A stretch of 64,000 nucleotides of DNA from Chloroflexota bacterium. Lineage in GTDB: Bacteria; Vulcanimicrobiota; JAMCWD01. The position numbers and the translations under genes are program-made. The notes under the pieces are model-generated. The model made no database searches. It saw only the letters and a program-made list of their open reading frames with translations, and was not told the origin of the DNA. The stretch is from the NCBI GenBank assembly GCA_023475345.1, contig JAMCWD010000040.1:22137-86136 (forward strand), read 5' to 3'. Positions 45,317-54,549 of this stretch are shown piece by piece (the stretch's first letter is position 1; every line of letters starts with the position of its first letter).

Positions 45317-46392
45317 AATTTATCAGGGGTTTTTAACTCCTCCCGTATTTTTAGAAGCGTCCTCAGCGCCAGGATCTTGGGGTTGACAGGCACCAGGACA
45401 TCCCGGTGTGCTGTCTTCAACGTTTCCAGGACGTTTATTATCTGCCAGCGGGAATATATATTCTTCCTGCTTTCGATAAAGACCTCCATGTCCCGGTTTA
45501 AAAGCCAGCCGGTCCCGGTGTTTTCTCTTGAAACGAGCATGTCCCGGAAAATACTCGTAAGCTCGTCTATGATGAATTCCACATTATCCTTATTAATAGC
45601 CGATGCAAGATCCGTCGCCCGGAAATCCGACATTGCAGGGAACTCTTCTATCAATTCCGCCCATGCTTCCCGGAGTTCAAGCATTTCGGGATGTTCTGCG
45701 AACATACCGGCTCTCTGCGGCAGGCCGCGCGAAAGCTTGACCAACTGATCAACCCCGTCAGGCGCAATGTCTGCAAACCTTGAAAGATACCGCCTCATCT
45801 CATCATCGCCCAGCGGGTGGAACCTGAACTTCGTTACGCGCGAAAGGATCGTCGGCGGGATATTCCGCAATCCAGACGCTACAAGGATTATGAGGACTTT
45901 CACCGGCGGCTCTTCCAGCAGCTTTAAAAAGCAGTTGGCGGAAAAATCGTTCATCGTCTGGGCGTCCCTCAAAATATATACCTTGACCCTGCCTTCCAGG
46001 GGCGAGAGCGTGGCGTCTTTCTGGATAGCGCGGACCTGCTCTATGGTGATCTCTTTTTTTTCCGGCTCTATAACCGAAACGTCGGTGAACGAGATCGGCT
46101 TCAGGACGCCGTCCTGATAAACAGGGTAAACGATCCTTCTGCAAGCAATACAACGGCCGCATGGTTCTTCTCCCGGCTTATTATCGACGCAGTTGAGCAT
46201 CTTTGCAAGCCATACGGCGCATGAAGTTTTGCCTATGCCCGGCATCCCCCAGAAAAGCAATGAAGGCGGAAGCCTGTTCGATGCTGTAAGCGACTTCAGC
46301 CTTTCGCGGATATCTTCATGGCCGATCAGGGCCGTTTCCGTCACGCTCTCCCGACCGGCCGGGGGAAATTCTGATAAATTCATCGAATACAC
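45313..46392 (-). CDS. holB: DNA polymerase III delta' subunit
   Basis: LLFWGMPGIGKTSCAVWLAKMLNC, zinc module CGRCIACRRI, and ANCFLKLLEEPP. Confidence 0.85.
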   Translation of the reverse strand: MYSMNLSEFPPAGRESVTETALIGHEDIRERLKSLTASNRLPPSLLFWGMPGIGKTSCAVWLAKMLNCVDNKPGEEPCGRCIACRRIVYPVYQDGVLKPISFTDVSVIEPEKKEITIEQVRAIQKDATLSPLEGRVKVYILRDAQTMNDFSANCFLKLLEEPPVKVLIILVASGLRNIPPTILSRVTKFRFHPLGDDEMRRYLSRFADIAPDGVDQLVKLSRGLPQRAGMFAEHPEMLELREAWAELIEEFPAMSDFRATDLASAINKDNVEFIIDELTSIFRDMLVSRENTGTGWLLNRDMEVFIESRKNIYSRWQIINVLETLKTAHRDVLVPVNPKILALRTLLKIREELKTPDKL

Positions 46393-46410
46393 CGGTAAAA
46401 AAAATTGGAA

Positions 46411-47088
46411 TTACAGGTTGATTTTTTGAGGTCTGCCGTAAGCTCTCAGGTGTGGCCTGATAAGGTCGAGTATCCTCTGGTGAACTTCGTCCGGGTCCCC
46501 GGCGGCTTCAACTGTCTTGATCCTGGCGGGGTCGTCGGTGGCAAGCTGGAGATAGCCTTCCCGCACGTTGCGGAAGAATTCCACCGTTTCCTGCTCTATC
46601 CTGTCCAAGTCCTGGGAAGTTTGCTCAAGCCTTCCCCTCAGCCTCTCGAATGCAAGCACGGGGTCGATATCCAGGAGGACAGTCAAGTTGGGCCAAACTC
46701 CCCATGTCGCAACCTGGTTCAATTCGCGGATGAGATCCATCGGGACTTTCCTGCCGAACCCCTGGTAGGCAACGGTTGCATCGGCGAACCTGTCGGAAAT
46801 AATGATCATGCCTTCTTCCAGAGACGGGCGTATCACCTGGTTTACATGCTGGTACCTGGCGGCTGAAAACAGGAGCGTTTCGGTAATAGGGAGCATGTCC
46901 TTGTGTTTCGTATCCGCAAGGATTTTCCTGACCGCCTCCCCTACCGGGGTCCCGCCCGGCTCCCGGGTGAACATCGCGGGATAGCCCTGGCCGATCAGGT
47001 AGTTGTACAGCATATCGGATTGGGTAGTCTTGCCGCAGCCCTCGATGCCTTCGAATGTTATAAAAATGCCTGCCTGCGATGTTGCCAT
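46411..47088 (-). CDS. tmk: Thymidylate kinase
   Basis: FITFEGIEGCGKTTQ P-loop, TREPGGT, and ISDRFADATVAYQG (DRY-like motif). Confidence 0.92.
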   Translation of the reverse strand: MATSQAGIFITFEGIEGCGKTTQSDMLYNYLIGQGYPAMFTREPGGTPVGEAVRKILADTKHKDMLPITETLLFSAARYQHVNQVIRPSLEEGMIIISDRFADATVAYQGFGRKVPMDLIRELNQVATWGVWPNLTVLLDIDPVLAFERLRGRLEQTSQDLDRIEQETVEFFRNVREGYLQLATDDPARIKTVEAAGDPDEVHQRILDLIRPHLRAYGRPQKINL

Positions 47089-47249
47089 TATGATCCCTCC
47101 CGTAAAACCTGTTTCACATTATATCACGGAAGGCGTAATAATGAAAGTATTCATCGGCTCTCCACGCCTTCTGCGGCTCGAACCAATACCGGCGCGCAGA
47201 CCTTACACCGGCCTTTTACGAAAAAGGGCGATTAAAATTTCAGATTATG

Positions 47250-48725
47250 TCAGCTCATCCAGTTGCATTTTGCTTCAGCGTTCCATTTAACGGTCGTCTT
47301 TTTGGGCTTTGTCCAGAATTCGACCGAGCTTTTGCCGGTTATATCTCCGACGCCGAACTTGGACTCATTCCATCCGCCGAACGAGAAAGGCTCCCTGGGG
47401 ACAGGCACCCCTATATTTACGCCGATCATCCCTGCGCTTGCTCTTTTATATACCTCGCGGGCGATAAGGCCGCTCTGGGTGAAGACGGAGGCGGCATTGC
47501 CGTAATTCGACGCATTCTCTATGGCTATCGCTTCATCCAGATTCTTTGCCCGGATTATGGATATCACAGGCCCGAAAATCTCCTCGGTTGCCGCTTTCAT
47601 ATCGGGAGTAACATGGTCTATTACTGTAGCGCCTACATAGTACCCGTTTTCCTTCCCCGGTACGACTGCGCCTCTTCCGTCAACAAGGATTTTCGCCCCG
47701 GCTTTCTCCGCGCCGGTTATATAGCTTTCGATCCTTTCTTTTGCTTCCCGTGTAATTACCGCTCCGAGGTTTTTGCCGGGCACGATTTTTTCAGCTTCGG
47801 CGACGAGCTTTTTAATAATATGATCCACATCGCCGACTGCGATCATGACTGCGGCGGCCATACAACGTTGTCCGGCACAGCCCGACATGGAGGCGGCGAC
47901 ATTGCTTCCGGTCATATCCGGGTTTGCATCCGGGGTTACGATGAGATAATTTTTCGCCCCCCCCAAGCACAGCGCTCTTTTCAAGTTCGAGGTGGCCCTT
48001 ACATAAACTATCTTTGCTACTTTTGTCGAGCCGACGAAAGAGACGGCTTCTATCCCAGGGTGGTCGCAGATCCCCTCTACTATTTCTCTTGAGCCGTGGA
48101 TTATATTGAAGACGCCGTCGGGAAGCCCGGCCTGTTTCAGAAGAGCGGCTATTTTCATGGAGCTTACGGGCACAAGCTCCGAAGGCTTAAGTATCATGCA
48201 GTTTCCCAGGGCGACGGCGTTCGGCATCGTCCAGTGGGGCACCATGACGGGAAAATTGAACGGGGCTATTGAAGCAACGACCCCCAGCGGGTATTTATCG
48301 ATCCTGCATTCCACCCCGGAGCTTACTTCGAGTATCTCTCCCGCAATAATCTGGGGGAGCGAACATGCAAATTCAACAACCTCTATGGCCTTCTGGACGG
48401 AAGCGATTGATTCGCCAATCGTCTTGCCGCATTCTTCCGATGCTGTCTTTGCAAGGTCTTCGAGGTTCTCCTCCAGGAGGGCTTTGTACCTGTAAAATAC
48501 CTGGACTCTTTCTTTTATGGGGACTGCCGCCCATCCGGGGAAAGCCTCCCGTGCTTTCTTTACGGCGGAATCCAGTTCGTCGTAAGTCGAGAGGGGAGAT
48601 TTTGCGATAATGGAGCCGTCAACGGGGGAGTAAACATCGATGAAATCCCCCCGGTGCTCCGCATATTTTCCGTCGATGTAGTTTGTCAGTACGCCGTGCT
48701 TCAATTCTTGCATCATTTGCTTCAT
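47250..48725 (-). CDS. mmsA: Aldehyde dehydrogenase, methylmalonate-semialdehyde dehydrogenase (CoA-acylating) type
   Basis: PFNFPVMVPHWTMPNAVALGNCMILKPSE, FVGST, catalytic GQRCMA, and EEIFGPV. Confidence 0.85.
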   Translation of the reverse strand: MKQMMQELKHGVLTNYIDGKYAEHRGDFIDVYSPVDGSIIAKSPLSTYDELDSAVKKAREAFPGWAAVPIKERVQVFYRYKALLEENLEDLAKTASEECGKTIGESIASVQKAIEVVEFACSLPQIIAGEILEVSSGVECRIDKYPLGVVASIAPFNFPVMVPHWTMPNAVALGNCMILKPSELVPVSSMKIAALLKQAGLPDGVFNIIHGSREIVEGICDHPGIEAVSFVGSTKVAKIVYVRATSNLKRALCLGGAKNYLIVTPDANPDMTGSNVAASMSGCAGQRCMAAAVMIAVGDVDHIIKKLVAEAEKIVPGKNLGAVITREAKERIESYITGAEKAGAKILVDGRGAVVPGKENGYYVGATVIDHVTPDMKAATEEIFGPVISIIRAKNLDEAIAIENASNYGNAASVFTQSGLIAREVYKRASAGMIGVNIGVPVPREPFSFGGWNESKFGVGDITGKSSVEFWTKPKKTTVKWNAEAKCNWMS

Positions 48726-49041
48726 GTCTCCTTCTTCATGTTGTACTTGAATATATTTTTCCGTCCCGTAAAGGGTTTTTAATACAACCCTCCGGAACAG
48801 GCGCGTTGTGCCGCCAATTTTGCGAGACCTTTTCTCTGCGGGAGACGGAATCCCTATCGGACTGAAAGAAATTTAAAATTTTATTCTCCGGCGAAGATGA
48901 GCGAAGATGTTGAAATCGGGGCCTTCCCCGGCGGGGTTTTGTTTTTCTGCAGGGTTAGGTGAATTGGGGAAGAATTATTAGGAGGGAAAAAGGGGGGCAT
49001 TCCAGAAGCAAGGCTGGCCCTAAAAGGTGACTGATAATCTC

Positions 49042-49695
49042 ATGACTCCACCAAAGGTTTATATCGATACAACCGTCTTTAAATCTTCCGCTACGCAATT
49101 ACCAAGACTACTCCCGAGAGAAAAAACCATTAATTGGGGTGGAAAATATCAAAAAATAATTGTATATACCTTTTCCTACATCAATCCGAATGACGCTATT
49201 GCCAATAATAACTTAAAGAATGAGATTAGTTTATTAACGACATTGGCGGAAGCAGGGAAACACGGTGAAGTTAAATATGTAGTTCAAGATGAGACGATTT
49301 TCGAATGCTGGGGACTTCCCAAGATGGATAGTAGGACTGGTATCTTCTACGGTACGCCTATCGAACATGTTGAGGCACCAATAGAATATAGCCGCGTTCT
49401 GAATGGGCCTATTGGCGATGCGAAGTGTCTGCAATTCAGTTTCTTGTCCTCCATTAAAAATAGCCGTTTTCTCAAACTTCAAAAAATGACTGGCGCATAT
49501 CAAGGACCTGGAAAATTGAATAGAAATCAACTACTTGATGCATTTCACATATGGTGCGCCGAACACAATAAGTGCGACTTTTTTTTAACACTTGATTTAA
49601 AGTTAGTGAATATGCTTAGGGGAAAGAAACCTTATCCATTGGTTGAGGTTGTAAAACCTTCTGAACTCATAAACAAAATAGGTATCAGCACTTAA
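49042..49695 (+). CDS. Hypothetical protein with PIN-like termini; AT-rich orphan
   Basis: N-terminal KVYIDTTVF and C-terminal LLDAFHIWCAEHNKCDFFLTLDLKLV resemble the first and last acidic motifs of PIN domains. The track opens at GTG 49027. Confidence 0.6.
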   Translation: MTPPKVYIDTTVFKSSATQLPRLLPREKTINWGGKYQKIIVYTFSYINPNDAIANNNLKNEISLLTTLAEAGKHGEVKYVVQDETIFECWGLPKMDSRTGIFYGTPIEHVEAPIEYSRVLNGPIGDAKCLQFSFLSSIKNSRFLKLQKMTGAYQGPGKLNRNQLLDAFHIWCAEHNKCDFFLTLDLKLVNMLRGKKPYPLVEVVKPSELINKIGIST

Positions 49696-49759
49696 ATCAT
49701 TCCTTCAATCCCCGTTCCGATTTCCTTCCCGCATAATCCGATCCAATCCCAACCCGGCA

Positions 49760-50557
49760 TCAATTGGATAAACATATGCCGAAAAGGTATCTCCTGACAG
49801 GGGCGTCTTGATTCAAGCCGAATGCCAGACCGGCATCAAAACAGAGGTTCTCTCTCAGGTAATACGAGACTTTTATCGTCGTCTGTAACGGCGAACCGTA
49901 ATAATCGAGATTCGGGCTTTTTGACCCGTAAAATTCCAGGCTGTAAGACAAACGCTCCGAAGCATCGTAATCCATTTTGTATTTGTAATAAGGGGTCGAT
50001 GCGCGGGGTACTCCGGGGAGTCTGCCCCATAAGTTATATCCGTAATTCAAGTGATGCTTCCACTTGTTTTCAAGATAACTCAGGGCCAGGTGGAAAGAAT
50101 AATCCGTTGTGCCGGTGCCCAGCGCCTTGTCCACATTTCCCGTCTGAGGTTTGACGCCGAAGATCGCTGATGCCAGCAGATGGTTTTCTTCAGGCGGGGT
50201 ACATAAATACTTGATACCGAATTGAACATCTTCCGGGCCGGAGTATCCGCCGCTGTTTTTCAGTTGAAAGTTGTATGGGAGTTGAACTCCGAAATCCATC
50301 CGCTTCAATATGCCGTATTTGAAAGCAATCAAGCCGCTTGATGCTTTGGTGCCGTCCCCCAGTTCATCGGATTCGAAGTTCATGAAAGTCTCGCTATGAC
50401 GATAGGGCACTGTAAATACTTCATCGGTGGTATCAACCCCGGAGTTCGGATAAAACGAATCGGCAAAAGCCGGGCCTGACCCGGAAAATATCAGCATGAA
50501 AAAAAACGCCAGGAAAAAAGCCTGAAGATTATTGCTGAACGATTTGCTACAAATCAT
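49760..50557 (-). CDS. Probable outer-membrane beta-barrel protein (MetA-pathway/transporter-like OMP)
   Basis: Likely start MICSKSF... with signal ...FSGSGPAFA. Alternating-strand pattern (FGVQLPYNFQL, DYSFHLALSY, LSYSLEFYGS). The family assignment is tentative. Confidence 0.65.
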   Translation of the reverse strand: MICSKSFSNNLQAFFLAFFFMLIFSGSGPAFADSFYPNSGVDTTDEVFTVPYRHSETFMNFESDELGDGTKASSGLIAFKYGILKRMDFGVQLPYNFQLKNSGGYSGPEDVQFGIKYLCTPPEENHLLASAIFGVKPQTGNVDKALGTGTTDYSFHLALSYLENKWKHHLNYGYNLWGRLPGVPRASTPYYKYKMDYDASERLSYSLEFYGSKSPNLDYYGSPLQTTIKVSYYLRENLCFDAGLAFGLNQDAPVRRYLFGICLSN

Positions 50558-50696
50558 ATAATAGATTTTACCATAACCGGAAAGCCGGAACAAACAAGCC
50601 GCAGCACTAATTTTTTGGAACCTCTAAACCTCTGTGTCCTCTGCGCTAAAGCTCTGCATCCTCTGACCGGTGCCCGCACAACCCTTCGCAGGGAAG

Positions 50697-51101
50697 CTAA
50701 TGGTTCGGTCCCAGCCCGCTTGTGCTTCTATAATAAGGCTCGTCTTCACCATAATCCAGCAAGGCATGATAATGCCCTTTACAACATATCGTGAATACCG
50801 TCATCTGGCCGTTAACTTCATATCCTGCGGTATAGGTATCGGTGGCTGCTTCAGGGCACGCGGGTATTATTTTCAAATAATCGGGCTTCAAATCATCCAG
50901 AGATTCCGGGAAACTGTTGTTTTCAGTGGAATATATTTGTAATGCGGTAGCTATATTTTTCAGGTTGCTGATACATGCGGTGTACCTGCTTTTGGAATAA
51001 GCTCTCCAGAAATGGGGGAACATAATCGCGATAAGCAGGGCCATGACGGCGATAACAGTCATTATTTCAATGAGGGTAAAGCCTGAAATCTTTTTCTTCA
51101 T
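50697..51101 (-). CDS. Prepilin-type N-terminal cleavage/methylation domain protein (type II secretion pseudopilin-like)
   Basis: ATG 51101 follows GAGG. MKKKISGFTLIEIMTVIAVMALLIAIMFP is the canonical G/FTLIE prepilin signal. The track opens at 51155. Confidence 0.8.
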   Translation of the reverse strand: MKKKISGFTLIEIMTVIAVMALLIAIMFPHFWRAYSKSRYTACISNLKNIATALQIYSTENNSFPESLDDLKPDYLKIIPACPEAATDTYTAGYEVNGQMTVFTICCKGHYHALLDYGEDEPYYRSTSGLGPNH

Positions 51102-51194
51102 GATCTGTTCCTCAGTTCCCCCGGCCCAATGGAATTCCTTGCCTCTCAATAACAATTATACCCAAAATTCACTGATTCAGGCCATTTTCAGGAT

Positions 51195-51629
51195 TCAGGA
51201 TTCAATTTTTTTCTTCAGTGAGGAAAGCATCATTTTACAATTTTCTTCGAGCTTTTTTTTCAATGTCGGGCCCATGACTTCTTCAATGGCAGGAACGCCG
51301 AAGTCATAATCGACATTCAGAGTTACCCTGGTGCCGCCCTCAAAAGGCTCGAATTTCCATTTCCCCTCGAATTTTTCAAGGTCTCCCTCGAGCAATTTAT
51401 AATCGATAATGAAATTTACATCGTCGAAGATCTCTTTTTCCTTCCAGGTTATCGCAGTTCCCTCAACTTCCGTGACCCAGTTCGTTACCGTATAATTTTT
51501 GCATTTTTCAATTAAGGAAACTTCTTTTACATCAGGCATATAATTCGGGAAATCTTCCATTTTTTTTGCAAGGTTATATACTTTTTCAGGTATCTCTTTT
51601 ATTGCAATCGAGCTTTCTACAAAGGGCAT
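51195..51629 (-). CDS. SRPBCC (START/polyketide cyclase-dehydrase-like) family protein
   Basis: 144 aa. The pattern ...VYNLAKKMEDFPNYMPDVKEV...GKWKFEPFEGGTRVTLNVDYDF is typical of Polyketide_cyc2-like proteins. Confidence 0.75.
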   Translation of the reverse strand: MPFVESSIAIKEIPEKVYNLAKKMEDFPNYMPDVKEVSLIEKCKNYTVTNWVTEVEGTAITWKEKEIFDDVNFIIDYKLLEGDLEKFEGKWKFEPFEGGTRVTLNVDYDFGVPAIEEVMGPTLKKKLEENCKMMLSSLKKKIES

Positions 51630-51730
51630 GTCATCACTCCATCGATTTTTGCTGAAAAGTTCGGGCTTTCACGGCTGAAATCCTGCCGGTGAAGCAGAGG
51701 ATTTATTTTCCCGTGATAGAATGAATCCTC

Positions 51731-52120
51731 ATGGAACCGAAAATTCAAAGCTTTCTTTTTTGCGATTCGATAGTACCGCTTCCCCAGAATAAGATAGCCG
51801 CTTACGGAATTTTTACGGAAATCAGGCCGCCTTCGTTCCCGGTTACGATACCCCATTTCAGCATCCTTATATCGTGGAACAGGGGGGACGGCTTCCACAG
51901 GTTCCTGGTGAAAATGTTGAACCCCAAAAAATCACTGATAATGCTCAGCTCACCGGAGACTTTCTTCACCCTGCCGAATGTCGAAACGACGGCACATATC
52001 GAAATCAAGTTCAACCAGATCCATTTTCCGGAACCCGGCAATTACGTATTTCAGGTTATCCTGAACGATGAAGAAAAAGAAAGCATCCTGCTGAGGCTGG
52101 CCGACGGCGGATCAAAATAA
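51731..52120 (+). CDS. Hypothetical beta-rich protein
   Basis: 129-aa ORF with natural-looking composition (FLFCDSIVP...IAAYGIFTEI...HFPEPGNYVFQVILNDEE) but no clear SD. Confidence 0.45.
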   Translation: MEPKIQSFLFCDSIVPLPQNKIAAYGIFTEIRPPSFPVTIPHFSILISWNRGDGFHRFLVKMLNPKKSLIMLSSPETFFTLPNVETTAHIEIKFNQIHFPEPGNYVFQVILNDEEKESILLRLADGGSK

Positions 52121-52132
52121 GCATCCACCGTT

Positions 52133-52341
52133 GAGGCCGTCTGAAAAAGTCCCTGCAAAATATCATTTACTTCCTTGATAGCTTCATACGCCACATGTCA
52201 TTCCCCTCTTGGGAGGGGATTAAGGGGTGGGTTAGTTATATTATAAATATTCGCATAATACACCCACCCCGCCTTTCGACTGCGCTCAAGGCACCCCAGA
52301 GGAGGGGAATTTCTTTTTTTCGGACTTTTTAGACAGTCTCC
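52133..52341. mobile_element. About 210-bp composite MITE-like element of the same family as 13529..13632
   Basis: Ends gaggccgtctgaaaaagtc (52133-52151) and gactttttagacagtctcc (52323-52341) are inverted repeats related to the 13.5-kb TIRs. The interior carries nested palindromes tcccctcttgggaggggattaaggggtgggt / acccaccccgcc...gaggaggggaattt. Confidence 0.65.
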
Positions 52342-52403
52342 GTTGTAAAGATTTGCTTTGACCTTTGATCCTATAAAGATTTGATGCCGGGGGCGCCTCC
52401 GAT

Positions 52404-53213
52404 TCAGCTTACAACGGCTTCGTCCAGGGAGTGGGGACACTTACAGGTTCTTTTTTTACCAATCAGGGGGATAACTGTCTTGATAAGTTTTTTCATGTTA
52501 TCGACGCCTTTCCCGAAAGCGCGTATCACTTCTGCAGCGCTTACAGGCTGGACTCCCTCGGCGCCTATGAGGCCTGCATCATAATCGGTTATCAGCGAAA
52601 TATTCATGTAGCAGAGGGCAAGCTCCGCGGCCAGGATGCATTCGGGATAAGCGGTCATATTGACCACGTCCCAGCCCATACTGGTAAACCAGCGGCTTTC
52701 GGCCTTGCTTGAAAACCTGGGCCCCTGGATAATCACGGCGGTTCCTCCCCGGTGTATTTGGAGGTCCATCTCTTTTGCCCTGTCGTAAGTTAACTGCATC
52801 ATGTGGCTGCAGAACATATCGGCGGAACTGACATGGACTGCACGGGGACCGTCGTAGTAAGTGTCTTTGCGTCCGCGGGTACGATCAACGAACTGGTCGC
52901 AAATAACCAGGTCGCCGATCTTATAACGGGACTGGAGTGCCCCGACGGCGCACGGGGCGATGATCCGTTTCACCCCGAGCGAATTGAGCGCCCATATATT
53001 GGCCCTGTAATTTATCATGTGGGGCGGTAAGGTGTGAAGCTTTCCATGCCTGGGTAAAAACGCCACTTTCCTGCCTTCGATTTCGCCCGTCGCAACAAGG
53101 TCGCTTGGCGCCCCATAAGGGGTCTCAACTTTCATTTCTTTCATGTTTTCAAGGAACGAGTAAAATCCCGATCCGCCTATTATCCCTATTTCCGCTATAT
53201 TTTCCATTTTCAA
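52404..53213 (-). CDS. mtnP: S-methyl-5'-thioadenosine phosphorylase
   Basis: IGIIGGSGFY, VAFLPRHG..H..PPHMINYRANIWALNSLGVKRIIAPCAVGAL, and NMTAYPE. Confidence 0.88.
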   Translation of the reverse strand: MKMENIAEIGIIGGSGFYSFLENMKEMKVETPYGAPSDLVATGEIEGRKVAFLPRHGKLHTLPPHMINYRANIWALNSLGVKRIIAPCAVGALQSRYKIGDLVICDQFVDRTRGRKDTYYDGPRAVHVSSADMFCSHMMQLTYDRAKEMDLQIHRGGTAVIIQGPRFSSKAESRWFTSMGWDVVNMTAYPECILAAELALCYMNISLITDYDAGLIGAEGVQPVSAAEVIRAFGKGVDNMKKLIKTVIPLIGKKRTCKCPHSLDEAVVS

Positions 53214-53285
53214 ACCTCCTGAAAATAATGCCGTTCAAATTTAATACAACTGAAATTTACTATAACTGTTTTTTTTCCTGCAACA

Positions 53286-53316
53286 ACAAAAAAAGCCGGT
53301 CAAAAAATAGACCGGC
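53286..53316 (-). terminator. Rho-independent terminator after the bifunctional nuclease gene
   Basis: On the minus strand: gccggtc-tatttttt-gaccggc followed by TTTTTTT. Confidence 0.7.
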
Positions 53317-53342
53317 GGAAGTATCGAGTTGACGGAGGGGCT

Positions 53343-53933
53343 TCAGGACTCCTGATCGTCGCCTTCTTCTTTTTCTTCTTCGAAATCTTCCATGGTGAAT
53401 TCGGGTAGAATAGGCTCTTCCGGCATGGTCCCGGTCAATTTTCCGATGTCTTTAGCGAAGTCGCCCGGCTTCATATTTTCCACGAACTGGCGGAATTTCT
53501 TGAGTTCCGTATCTTCGGGAGCGTCCTTATCGATAACCGTTTCTTCCAGGATAATTTTTTCGGATACAAAAATAGGCGCATCTGTCCTGAGCGCAAGCGC
53601 GATGCTGTCGCTGGGCCTTGCATCCACTTCCACCGTCTTGCCGTCGTCTTCGAGAATCACCTTGGCATAAAAAGTATTGTCTTTTATGTCATGGATTATT
53701 ATCCTGAGAACCCTGGCGTTCAGTGAATTTATAATGCCTTTCATGAGGTCATGCGATAGGGGTCTGGGCACTTTTGTGCCTTCCAGGGCAAGCGCTATGG
53801 CCGTCGCCTCAAACGGGCCTATTAAAATCGGAAGGTATCTTTTGCCTTCCATATCTTTCAGGATCACAACAGGGTCGTGAGTCAGCAAATCTATCCCCAG
53901 CTTATCTACTGTCATTCGTCTCAAATCCAACAC
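53343..53933 (-). CDS. Bifunctional nuclease family protein (DUF151/BFN) with acidic C-terminal tail
   Basis: PVVILKDMEGKRYLPILIGPFEATAIALALEG...RPLSHDLM...DARPSDSIALALR. Confidence 0.85.
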   Translation of the reverse strand: MLDLRRMTVDKLGIDLLTHDPVVILKDMEGKRYLPILIGPFEATAIALALEGTKVPRPLSHDLMKGIINSLNARVLRIIIHDIKDNTFYAKVILEDDGKTVEVDARPSDSIALALRTDAPIFVSEKIILEETVIDKDAPEDTELKKFRQFVENMKPGDFAKDIGKLTGTMPEEPILPEFTMEDFEEEKEEGDDQES

Positions 53934-54078
53934 CCCTCATTTAACTGTAAAACTCTAATCATTATATCAACTGCAAAAAATGTTGTCCAGCACGAGTATA
54001 AGTCCGTAACACAACTCTCTGCGGTTAATATTTTTTCAAGGAGGAACCCGGCTGTTTTATTCAAACGGCTATGCCGTC

Positions 54079-54489
54079 CTATTCGAAAACGGCCTGGTAT
54101 AGCGATTTGTGATATGTTATCCGCATCATGATATAAGCCGCAAGGCCCATCAAGCCGTCGAATATGCCGATTAAAATTATGATGATGTCTTTTGCCACGA
54201 AGATGCCGCTTATCACCAGGAAAGTTACGGCGATGGTCTTGGCGATGATAAGGAAGGCCAGGCATCTCAGGTTGACAGTTTTTCCCGGAAGCGCCAGGAG
54301 GTAGCCCATTGCGAGGACCACGTGGAATATCCCGCTCTGGTTTGGGAAGAAAAGCATTTCGGGGCAGGGTATGCCGAACGCCGTCAATAACTGCCTGGGT
54401 ATGAAAAGCAGCATGAAGCCGATACAGAAGCTGTGTATTGCGATTAAAATTACCAGGAGGCGTAAAAGTTTTTCTTTCGTTTGTTGCAT
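54079..54489 (-). CDS. Hypothetical 4-TM membrane protein
   Basis: 136 aa with four hydrophobic helices. Lies 60 nt downstream of the large fusion gene on the same strand. Confidence 0.6.
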   Translation of the reverse strand: MQQTKEKLLRLLVILIAIHSFCIGFMLLFIPRQLLTAFGIPCPEMLFFPNQSGIFHVVLAMGYLLALPGKTVNLRCLAFLIIAKTIAVTFLVISGIFVAKDIIIILIGIFDGLMGLAAYIMMRITYHKSLYQAVFE

Positions 54490-54549
54490 CGAAGCCGTAC
54501 CCTTTCCTGAGATTTTCGGGAGAATTCGGCTTCGATGTGCCTTTACCTT

